This document shows positions 11,358-23,900 of a DNA stretch of 64,000 nt, piece by piece. Origin of the DNA: Phoronis australis (taxonomy: Eukaryota > Animalia > Phoronida); the NCBI GenBank assembly GCA_002633005.1, contig NMRA01000804.1, forward strand, positions 74,417 through 138,416, given 5' to 3'. A program made the position numbers and the translations under genes. The notes under the pieces were generated by a model. That model saw only the letters and a program-made list of their open reading frames with translations. It had not been told where the DNA came from and searched no databases. Every line of letters starts with the position of its first letter. The stretch's first letter is position 1.

Positions 11358-13224
11358 TAATAAGATAATACATGGAAATAGAAAGTACCACCAAATGTGA
11401 CGTGAGATGTTCTGAAAGCTGCACATCTTTTGAATTCTAATCATGTTATAAGGCTAAGCAGCTCTTTGTATAAAATTATCTATACAAGTTTAAGATTAAA
11501 TAAATCCCCGGAAGAACAAAGCCTTGTTCTGGAAAATAAGAGAGTAGTCAAGACAGCACAAAGCACTTTCTAAAAATTTGCTTCAAGCTAAAGATAATCC
11601 CTCTTATACACAATAGTGTTACCAACATGCAAAAACTTTACAATAAAAATCTTCTGGCTAAGTGAGAATTGAAAATTTAGATCCAGCAAAGCATACGAGT
11701 GGAAGCAGTTTGACACAATAACAACAAACTTTAATTTGACAGAGATCTTGACTAGAGTGCAAACTATGTAGTTAAGAATTGCGGACCTCACAAAGACACT
11801 GGACTCTGCAAATGGACTATAGGTTACTACCAAGACCACGCACATGTCTATAGCAGGCTTAACTCTGGCATTATCAGTGAAGGTGGTCAACAAGGAGGCA
11901 TTCAACACTGCAAGTGTTGCAACATCATGCAAGACTTGTTCATGACATGTCGCTGTATATGTATCACCAGCAGAGCAACTAACCCAGCATGGTTACTCTA
12001 ACAAGTGACGAGAGTTGAACGGACCTCACAAAGGAGATGGCTTAAACATGATTTCTCATAACACGATTTGTCAAATTTACGACGATAATTTATGTACAAA
12101 CTTCACGTCTTGTCTCTCGCATGTCATGGAGAAAACAAAAATTCTAAGTTTTATTTTCATGTTACTTCGGTCCACATATCAGTATAAAAAACACAACAAT
12201 TATCCATTGAGATGGCCCCTTGATTTTCCCAAAGCGCAATCATCGGTGAAATATTTCCCAAGACCAAAATCTGAGCACAAGAACCTCCACTTGCTGTTCA
12301 TCGTAAACTATAAATTCGGTGTTCTTCATGATAAACTACATGTAAAAGGTGTTTTATTCATCAAATATCACACAGAAATGATGAGGAGCAAGACAAACAT
12401 GTTTTGGTCTCGAGTTTGAGTGACACCTATCCCAATTTTTTATTACACGCGTTCGAAGATTAAGGGAAGGAAAAAACGGGCGTAAGTCGATGCAAACAAT
12501 ATGACTTTACAGTGCACCTGCCTTCAGTGATTCCCAACATTTAGGTGACTCACTTTCAAATGAGACCACTGAATGACTTGTAATATTAATATCAACTTGT
12601 GCCTCATTCAGACTAGAAGCGATTTTATGAGCTTGGGAAGAACAGAGGAGTTGTTGATGAAGACTGGACTCAAAAATGCTGGAACTGTGCCAAAAGCATT
12701 ACGACTTAAAATATGATGGTTCAATCATCATACACTAGATGGAGTTGCTAGTAGGAACACTGTGAGTTAGACTGAAACACCGACTCGGGTTTATAGTTTG
12801 GCATGTATAGCACGTCTTATAGATAACACTACCCCACACAGTACATTGTACTTTTTTGGATACTTCGGATATTATCATACGAATAACATCATCATACAAT
12901 TAACTTATATTGCACTTTCCTCGATTGATAATGCCATGGATAAGACCATTATCACATGGATAACATTATCTTGCAAACTGAGACAACGATCTTCATTTGG
13001 CACTGTGTTAATATCCGAGTTAAATACTAAAAACCAATAACAATGTTGATTATAAAGTCCATCCTTAGAACTAGTGATATGGACACTAATTAAAACCCGC
13101 TACAATACTTAAAGCCACAAATAGCGCCGTCTATGAGAAATCCGTTTTCATCAGGGCATGTGTCACTTTAAAAGCTTTTTTTAATTGACAACATCGGCAA
13201 TAAAAGGGATTTTTTGAAATCAAT

Positions 13225-13290
13225 TCCAGAGTGGATTCGAACAGCGAACTTTGGTGGTCGCAGCCAAATGCACGGCTGACAAACTAAGTC
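13225..13290 (-). mobile_element. tRNA-derived SINE-like head, degenerate
   Basis: B box GTTCGAATCC on minus strand; no full cloverleaf. Confidence 0.35.
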
Positions 13291-14702
13291 ACACTTTATG
13301 AATAGCGGATAATTTTAAGCGAATTTTGATTCAAGTGAATGTCTGGTAGATAATGGTGAGATCTGGTTTTTGTAATACAATTACAAAACAAAATGCAATT
13401 TATAGCTCTGGTCAAAGCTAATAACTTCCAAAAGTACACTGTCCAACAGTATAATCCCAAAAATGCATCTTCTGTCCGTAAAAACAACGTCACTTGTAAT
13501 TTATAAAGCAATTTAGCACTTTTGCACCACAACAAAGACGGGCATAGTTATGCCTTTGCATACCAGAAGATTTAAGGTAGGATCAAGGGGCTCTGATATT
13601 GTGTAATTAGTTTTAAAGCCGCAACATGCTTGTAGTCAAATTAAAGCCACATTCACTATTCAATAAATCAGTAGCACCCACTTTTGGGATCATTCATAAT
13701 TATCACCATTTCCACAAGTGAACAAAACACATTTCCCCGATCACCCTTATGTCACTCAAGCACTGAACATACTTCAAAAGGGTGGCTCAATTAAGATGCT
13801 GGTGTCCGGTTTGTTGATTGGTTGAATGTTCTTGGAACACGGTTGTGTACTGTGGATAAGCCAGCCTATTGTGATGAATGTTACGTGACTCTGGGTGCAT
13901 CTGACAGTTCAGTAGTGGCTCCAAGAGTCAGTATATGTGTTTGAGCTGTTGTCCAGGATAAAACTGTCACAACAAATTATGCAAGACCTGTATGTCACAG
14001 CCTTATAATCGTGTTAAAAAATCGATAATTATCAAAATGCCTGAATGGGTGCACCCGTCAAAAGAATCATGGCAATGTTAAAACTGCTGGTTGTTTCGTC
14101 ATACTCAAAACGGTGTGCAAAAGCAATATATAAAGCCATAAACTTTGACCTTTCTCATCGCCATTTTCATGACATCAAAAGTGTAAGCTAGAAGAGTACC
14201 TCGACTCACCCCCAACATAGAGCATGTGTTTTGTACACTCCTAAAAAGGAGGATAATCATGTATGGTTACTAAGTGCACAAGGTCATGCACCTAGGTAGA
14301 CGTCAACACCATCCTGCCTCTGGGCCGGGGGTAGACCTCCCAAAAAACCGAAGTCACACCCCTTCACATAAGTAGACTGGACTGAAGTGTCTTCCAATGT
14401 AGTTCTCGATAAATGCTCGAAAACGTGAAAACTTTTGATACCATTGTGCTTTGGCAACACTGCGTCGTCTATAAAGCAAGCCACCAGTAGTCAGCATTAT
14501 GAGATTGCAACTTGCTTCACATGACATGTCAATAACTACAATGATAATCACAGGTAATGATTGCACCCAAAACATATCTCCTCTCTCTTCTTAGATATGC
14601 AAAGAATTAGTCGTAGCCGTGGCTCAAACTGCCATCATACGGACAGGAGTACTGAAATCTCTCTTTTCTTGAATATTCACAAAATCCATCAGTAGCCATT
14701 GT

Positions 14703-14950
14703 TCACACTGAGGTCATCATGACAGGGGTCCCCTCACGATCGGGAATCTCAAACTGTATCACCTGTTGTGAGGGGTCATTAGGGTCTATGTTCGTGTTTG
14801 TCACCTTCATTTTCTGATGTGGCACACATACATATACTGGTTTGTACAGGACGGTGTCTGACTCAGATTCCAACGTGCCGTCATAAACTTGACCTAGTTG
14901 GAACTCGGGACTAATATACATTCCACCTTCCACGTTGTCTGCGGAGATTT
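14703..14950 (-). CDS. arrd-17: Arrestin coding exon 7 (EISADNVEGGMYISPEFQLGQVYDG...TPVMMTSV*)
   Basis: tttcttctttgcag acceptor, phase 1, TGA 14705-14703. Confidence 0.85.
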
Positions 14951-17900
14951 CTGCAAAGAAGAAATAGTTTGCTGAAACTTGAGATCCACAAGAACGGTGT
15001 AAAATTTACTTGAAAGTCGAAGTCTACATTGCAGCTTTCAAAAATGTCTAAGAACAACTCTATCAAAAGCTTTTTTTCTATCAATATTTACAATGATTAG
15101 GTTGCTATGTAACAACACCTTTACTTCTCTTAATATCCATAAATTGAAGATTTCTGTAAAGAATTATAGGTTGATGAAAATTGTTGACTCAACAGTGCAA
15201 ATTTACATGAAAGTTGAATCTTATATTGCAGCTTTTGAAAATGTCTATAAAAAGATTTCTAGCAACATTTACAATGATTAGGTTGCTAAGCAACCACACT
15301 GTCACTTCCCTAAATATCCATAAACATAGTGGCACATTATAATTCTAAACTCAGGCTTCCACAAATGAGAACACGGTAGACAAAAATGTTCATTAAAGAT
15401 TTAACAGTACCATAGATTTGACTGTGATAAATGACATTTCTCAATAACTGCAGTGTGATTGTGTGCTTTTTTATTTGGTGTCACAAACCACACAATTTTA
15501 CAGCGTGGCTAATTAACAGATTGCCAGATGGCAATTAAAAGCTTTGCAATTAACCAAAGGATTATTGCCATTTTCGGAAACTGAAACCTGGAATTTTACA
15601 CCGTTCTCAACACAAAGTGTCAATCACAGAAGTGTCAATAAAAGTATAATCATTTGAGTGAAATCAGATAATACTTTCATTGACACTTATAGATTCATTG
15701 TTGACAGGATCAAAACCGTAGTTACCATATTTGACTTCAGGTGGCGCTGAATTAGATATTCTATATGGGACTGTTGCTATGGTGACGGGAAAGTCTAATA
15801 CCAAGTCTTCTCCACGTTTGTCTATGAGAAGGCTCACCTGTTAATTACAACATTAGTTCCGTGATCAATAATATATGGAGTGAATAATTCTTCAAGGAAA
15901 GTTTTGAGCTTCGGTAAATTGGTACAAAGAGAGGAAATATGTACTATAATGTATTGTAATGACATTCATGCACAATTACAAGTTACGCTTTAAAAAATAC
16001 AATGGACCCAACCTTTAACAGGCTTACAAGTCACTTAGAAGAGAAGAAAAAAAATCTCATGCCTAAGCAGATGTCAACACAAACTAGTTTACTACTATGT
16101 ACATATTTCGTCTCCTGGTAAAAACAGCACTGATTGTTATTTCCATGCGGCTTTGGCTCATCATGAAATCCAACTTTTGACCTAGACTTAAATGTAAAAG
16201 CGTATCATTGATCAGAGGAACATTTTAAATAAATCTCTTCCTCCTGTACTAAAATTTGACACCTAAAAATCATAAATACACAACGGTGTAAGTATGTCTA
16301 CTTTAGACAAAAGAACATCAAGACATCAATCAAAATGCAAAATACCATCACGTATGACGTTGAAATCACCGTATGGTTTTTCAGCCAGAAAAAAAATCGT
16401 AAAAATCGTGAAAATTTTACATTAGAATACAACGGAAATATGTTTTGCAATATAAATACAATAACTGTCATTGGTTTATAAATGAATTATACAAGTTAAA
16501 ATGTACCACAAGGCAAAAGTAATCTGACAGAATACCATTTTCCCATCATAACAGCTAATTCTGTTAACATCACAAATGACATGTAATAACTGTTAGGGCA
16601 GTATTACAATTATTACAGAATACCTTCCAGTTACCTTACTAACTTTCCCGTTAATTACACTTCGTTCTCAGTCGTGAGGGTAGACTTAGTCTGACGATGA
16701 ATTTAACTTCTGAACAGCCGTTGTGACGGGGAATTCTGGGACATTTTGCCGATTATTTTTTGGCTTGTACTGCAGATGGTTAAATTACAGTAGCAAATTT
16801 CCACAGAAGTATCAAAGATAAAATGTTACACTTACCCTAAGAACATAGTATATCTGTATTAACTTGCAAACATCCACTAATGTGGGGGGCACCACGGGGA
16901 CTTGTAAATACTGACTTAGTTTGTCTAGTTTGACTGTGGAGTGAGGCGCCACAGGGGCACTTTTGTACTCCCACACAGTCTGACAGACATCTTTAGTCAA
17001 GCCCAGGACACCCCTACTACTGATGTAGTATTCGACAAACTGAAACGAAAAATCAAACCGATGATAAAATAATGCATTTTGATTTAACACATAATAAAGC
17101 GGATGGATTTTTTTCAAAATTCGTGAATGAAAACATTTATTTTTCAAAATTCAGAAACACTAATTGACTGAATCATTGGCCTGGTTCGCACTGAACATCT
17201 ATCATAAAATGAAAATAAATTGTAGATTTCAACAAAAAATAGAATTTTTTTACAATTATTCTTGGTGTACTACTCTTAAGTTTATTGATCAATTATTCAA
17301 CCCAATTCTCTCAAAGACTGTTCCTGGACTTAATACAACAAAAAATTGGAAACTTCCGAAACAGCTGCACATAGTGTTAAAAAATGAACGTATCTGAATT
17401 AACCAGGTACCTGCAGGTTTTAAATGGTAACTCTGAATTACGTCGGTTAATAATCTGTACATAAATACTGTGATTTTCAAAATACCTGACCAGTTGAAAG
17501 TACCCCCTGGCAGTCTATCTGCCAATCAATTTCCTTCAAAAGCCATCATGGCAGTATTCAGGCTACAACATACTATTTTTACCCTGCCATTATATCCTCC
17601 CACAATGCGTTTCATTTTTTATGAACTTCCGGAATATAATTACCACTTTCCCCAATTACAACAGAGAAAGCAAGTAAAGTTAACTTGGTAAGTACCAAGT
17701 ACATATTTCATGCGTTTAGTTTCATCTTTTTCTCAGTTCTAAGGAACACTTTTCGTCGTTTTTGAGGACTCCCCGAAGTTACACAAAGAGTGTGTATCGT
17801 CACGGGCTAACACAGAATACCTCACAAAAGCTCATTCTTGTACCTACTTGCAATAAGTAACACTTCAGCCAGGCGCGTCTGTCACTGCCGTTCTGTACAA

Positions 17901-20900
17901 CGGCCTTTAGTTTGAGATTCTCTCCACAGCAGTAGGCACTACGGATGATGGTCGCCTGCAGAGACAGAGGTCCTGTATTACAACAGAGACAGCAGGTGTT
18001 TTGTTGATCCTCGCTGCTGAACGACGCCTAGAAAGGGAGAAAACGGGGAGAATGAGGATTTTCCACAAGAAAAATGTTTTTCTTGATTTTCTTTAAAACT
18101 TTGCTTATATCTAAAAAATATGAAGATTTTATTCTTACAGTCTGAAGGTGAAGGTCAAAAAAATCTGAAAATTTCCTTTGGTCAAATTCAGAGGACTTCA
18201 TCAATGCCACTGCTGTTGCTTTCCAAATGCATTATGGGACATTTATCCACTTATGAATATCCAATGACGTCACAGAAAATTGGTAATGTGTGATGTATAA
18301 ACAATATGGCGGAAAGCAACACTTGGTCCCTTGAGGAGCTGCACCATACTTAAATTATAGTTTGTAGCTTGCTTTTAGTGCAAGTATAGACTATAGTACA
18401 TGCGCCGCCAACTCCGTATATTTTCAATGGAGGAAATCTAAGCCGTGACGTCATTATTCACAGGCGACACCTGGCAGACATAGCACGCTTTACTTCCGGC
18501 AAGTACGTTGTCTGCTAACCATGGTCATTTCGTCAAGATTTGGATCTGCAATTTTGTCTGACTCACATCTGCATTTAAATAAATTGAATACTCGTAAAAC
18601 ATTAATTTCTAAAATATAGCTCATATTAATGCCCCACAAATAACCACCAAGCCTACTCAAATACCAATCTCGCACTTCAACAGCAGTTCCCACGTTCCAC
18701 GGGACATTTCATTTTAAGCTCAAATGCACGATGGTACCGCTCAAAATTTCTGGACTCTACTGTTGGAAGACCTTGAACAGCGTTTCTGAATGCCGCTAGT
18801 ATACTTTTTGTTGTATTAGACACAAAATAGATGGAAGAATTTCCCGTCACAATACACTAACCAGAAGCTGAGTTTGGTATGTTTAGAGGGTGGCGCCTCC
18901 GTCCTCTAGGATATTTTGCAAGAAAATGTCAGAGTTGCAAATCTGTTGTCTATGACCTATGGTGCAAGTATTACAAAGCAATTATTGAACAGAAACAAAA
19001 TGAGCCGAAAAATGTCTCCAATAAATAACATAAATTTGCAAAGTCTTTTGCGCAGAATTCTCGAAGAATGCCGGACCATCCAAGGTCAAATTTAATTACC
19101 TAAATTATGAGTCAATTTAAAACATTCTCCAGTTATCTGTTACATCACTCGATGTCTACAACCAGACCAACACCCCATAATGCATTTAAACAAGAACAGC
19201 AGTGCTGTAGATGAAATATACCAAACTGGCAGCAAGTGGCCAACATGTACTCACCAGGTAACGTTCATCCATGCAGTCAGTGTGAGGTCCAATGACCGTG
19301 AAGTATTTAAGACCCTGTGGAGTGGATGCGTACGGGATGTCTATGATGACTCGAAGATAGTAGCGAATTGTGCCTAGCTTACTCTCAAATGAACAAGGTA
19401 GAGCACTTTCTGGCAGTTGAAATGAGAACGGGTAGCGATGAGCACCCCTCGGCATTATGGGTATGCTGATGTCTTCTCCTTTTTCTGGAAATGAACAAAG
19501 TAAAAACCTCCTTTAAGTCAAGTATAAGGGAAAAGTCGCCACTAAGCAAGGAGAGCAACTCTTACACTGAAATGTGTGCACTGTTTCAAGAAAAACGTAC
19601 CTGTCAGAGAGTTACTCCCTAAACCCCCACCATCGCCTTCGGAAGCATAAATCCCTTTAATAGGCTATAATTTCACGCCACAATAAATTTTTTGTTTAAT
19701 TCATAAAACTATTTTGAACATGTCTTGGAACGGTAATGCAGAGCATTGCTATTCACCCAAATAGCATGCAGGCATACAATGAACGACCAGTATTTTAAAG
19801 ATTCCTACAAGAGGGAGCAACACTTCAAAGAGATACTCAAATACATCTCTTCATCTTACAAAATATGCATAGTGTTTAAAGCTTCCGTAATGTGTGGCAG
19901 ATGACAATTACAACACCAAATGGTTGATATTAGACATAACTTTTACAAAAATATGCAGTGGAACATTTATCGACAATATTTGACATGAGAAATTTTTGAG
20001 CGTTTTTGTGTGATAAGATAGGTGAACAGATAATATAACATGTCGTGATACTATACCATGTAATGAAGAAGTATTACTACAGATATGACATGTCATGACA
20101 TAATACGATATCACGATCAGATTAAAGTCCAGACAGAGAAGGGCTATGGCCTTTTAATGAGCTTACAGGAACCAAGGTGTCAGAATGTAGATGTAAACAA
20201 CATGTGGTATGTATAAAGTTAAGGTCAACTGTGGTGTTCAGTAGGTCAGGAAATAAATTGAAACTTCAATATATCAATTGGTTGAGCAAATACGGTCTTC
20301 TGCCTATTAGTGTAACACGAATGATCATTTGTTGTACAATTCTAGACTGAAACAAACACCAGGTGTTTTAATTGTCCTTAATAAACCTACAGTTATACAA
20401 GACACCAGAATAATGTCCAAATTTGACAGACTTCAGAACATCATACTTCAGAATTATGGCTGGTTGGAAGAATTGTTTTTAAGACGACCTTTAAGGGTTC
20501 ATCAAGAGAGGTTATCGAATCTAGGACTTTTATGATCATGACAAGTTACATCAACTGAAAGTTACCAAAATTTAGTCATTTTCCTAGGGCTCTACATAAT
20601 CACAAAATTTTCAAGAAAAATGGATAAGCGTTCCATCTCATTAAATTTTACCTTTCACTCTAAGCAGCACACAACATATAATCCAATACTGTTTGCACTC
20701 GAAACCAATAAAATTCTTTTATGTACCCCATCTGTATGTCAAGTGCTAATTATCAAGTTCACTTATTAAGCAATAAAATAGTAACTACATACCAAAAATA
20801 TACCATAGGGGAAGTCAAGTAGAGTAAATTAGGAAGGAATTTCACAATTACTTGGGACAAAGGTAATTACTTAAAGTAGCATTTTCTATTTTCAAATGTT

Positions 20901-23900
20901 AATTAGATTATTGCTAGAAATTTCTTAAACAAACTATACCACATTTTCTTGCAACAGTTAACAATGCATTCTAACTGATGACTAAAATTTTCTTACCCGA
21001 TAAGTCATTTTTGTTTAAAAATTTGGTAATTTGAAAGTTCACCAGTCTTCTTTTTTGCAATCATTTCATCTCATACCCCCCACTTCAGCACATACCCCTT
21101 TACTTGCCAGCCAAATTAGTGTTTTTACCTTCCATCATAGATTGGCAGAATTTTGCCAATTCCAAAAAGGTTTTTGATACAGGAATTATAAGATTAAGAG
21201 TCTACTAGTTACGAGATTATGTTATGATTTTATTTGCCTCGACGTGAAAGTCATCATGTAGCCTATGCTTAAAAAGTAGTTGCAGTGTAGCTGTTCATCG
21301 TATGAATAATGAATTATAAAGTTCGGACAACACTCTGCATGCTGCAGCACCCTGCATACACACTGCAACATCACGCATACGCACTGCAACACCATGCATA
21401 CGCACTGCAACACCCTGCATACGCACTGCAACACCATGCATACGCAGTGCAACACCATGCATATGCAGTGCAACACCATGCATACGCACTGCAACACCAT
21501 GCATACGCACTGCAACACCCTGCATACGCACTGCAACACCATGCATACACACTGCAACACCATGCATACACACTGCAACACCATGCATACACACTGCAAC
21601 ACCATGCATACACACTACAACACCATGCATACACACTGCAACACCATGCATACACAATACAAAACCCTGCATACATACTGCAAGAGCACTCTTTCCGCAT
21701 TTTCCAGATGACATTTCACTGAAATCGTTACCTGGGGCCACGTCATCACAAAGGGCCCTGAGCGTTCATATAGAAATATTCATGTTTTGAAAAATTCTTC
21801 ACGCAATTAGAAAGCATAAAACTTTGTTGGTGGTCACAGGTGATCTGATACGGGGGGGGTAAACATTCAAGAGTCTTGTTGGCAACTGGTCACGTTTGCA
21901 TGCGTAAGTCACATGTCCCAATTGGATGGCATTAGTAGTTTGACTGAAATGTCGGAATTACGCACTGCCAAAATGCAATTGTCATTGAAATCTGACTACT
22001 TTGTTTCTTTAGACACAACACAGTTATTGAAAAACAAAATTAGTTCATTTTGTGGGTAATGCCGATAATAGAATGATTAAGAATGCTTTTTCATAGTAAA
22101 TAAGCAGTTGAGAGACCTAGCTAACACTCCAGCTTGTACTCACCAAAGACCACTATAAAGAAGATAAAACAATCAATGACTGGAGTACGACAGCAGGTGG
22201 CATTAGCAATTATAGACAAGGATACACACTTGATTGACTCTAAACACCACTTAGGTCCAGTAAGTCGAACATTAACATAATATTGAACTAGAAATGATTA
22301 CTATGGCCCATAGCTGGTATATACTACACCTTAAGTACTTTTAGTGACAAAATGCCGTGAACAGAATCGCAAATTTTGAGTTGTAAGAGGCCCCCATATT
22401 TGGTAATAATCTAGAACATTCCACGGTCGCAATTATGGTGAGAATTGTATAAGCACTCGCCAATAACTGGACTGTTTTTGTAGCAGATTGAAATACACGG
22501 GTTGTCATGACGACTGATGAGACGCCACTCTGTGTGCACACTCCCAGTGTCCTTACATCTGTCTATAAAAAGCAGCAATTCCTTTAAGACAATACTAGGA
22601 AACAACCGCTACGCACCACTGTGCGCTGTGGGAACACAACAGCAACTTTCACACGAGCCAATTTCTAATTCTGGAATTGCAATACAAGCTGAGATAGCCA
22701 GGAAACAACACAATAACTTTCATTCAAAATATTTTGATACCAATTCATGATGTCAGTCACCTCATTACGCACAGTGGTTGTAAAGAATTTAGCAAAATGT
22801 TGGGAAACCCACTGTATTAAATCGACAAGAAGGTGAAATGTTGTGTATTTTATCCTCACAAAGCAACAATGCATATTTCACTACCTCGCCACAATATCGA
22901 AAAATAACTAATATTGTGAATGATACTATTTGAGAATTACTGCCTCTACACTAGTAAATATAACAGCATTGTATAATCGTATAACTCATGGCTCTAGGAA
23001 GCTACGAGCAAGGTTTAATTAAACTTCTAAACGGGCAGAAACGCAAGAGACTGACGAAACTAGCCCACCACTTTTGTATTGTTAGGGGTCTTATTGCCAG
23101 AGAGCGAGAGGGATAGGACCCATGACCCCACAGATAACTATTCACCAGAAATCATAGTTGTAAAGAGAAAGATGCCTGCTTAAGGTATTTTATTTATTTG
23201 GTAAAGTCAAAGACTGGCTATAACAATAGCAACAGTAATTTTTCATTTTTTTACTGAACAATATGAAGTTTTATTTCCTAAAATTACTTGAAAAATAAAG
23301 ATTAAGAAAATGTTATTATTTTATTCACTTGGTTTGCTCTGTATAGATGTTATTAAATAGTAAATATTCCATTACATGTAGCAATCATTTTTGTAAGAAA
23401 TGAAAAATGGATTAGCACATTTAGGTTATAAAACAACGGTCAATTGGTTAATTCAAAATACTAAAGTACTCTTCCGCTGCCTTTTAGAGTTGCACACTAC
23501 CCCTTCTTGACCCAATTGAATTTCAGTTTCACAAGAAATAACTCAATTTAATGGAATTGGCAGTTTTACCAAATTCTGAATGAGAGTCAAATTTTCCCTT
23601 TTTTAACAGTTTTGATCAATCACTTACCAGTTTGAATTGGGATCGAACAATGGCCTCTAAACTGCCCATCGTCAAGGTTCGATTGACGTAAATTCAAAAT
23701 AATTACGATTTGATACCAAAATTTGAAATTTCAGACGCCGATGTAAGTACTGAGGTCAGCAGGGTATAGATTTCAACCAAAACCCTTCACTGAACGTTGA
23801 TAGTGTTTTGTCAACTCAAATCTTGAATAGTCTCCCCTGTCTCAACATAGGATATCATCATCTCACAATATCATAAAACAATGAATGTTCATCTTGGGCT

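Noticed and set aside
14607-14705. Stop readthrough or selenocysteine at the arrestin TGA (31 open codons follow)
   Set aside because: Context is TGA-A rather than TGA-C, no SECIS recognised, and 31 open codons is unremarkable
21222-21741. Five overlapping Cys/His-rich ORFs (metallothionein-like look)
   Set aside because: Artefact of a stop-free 21-bp minisatellite inside an intron
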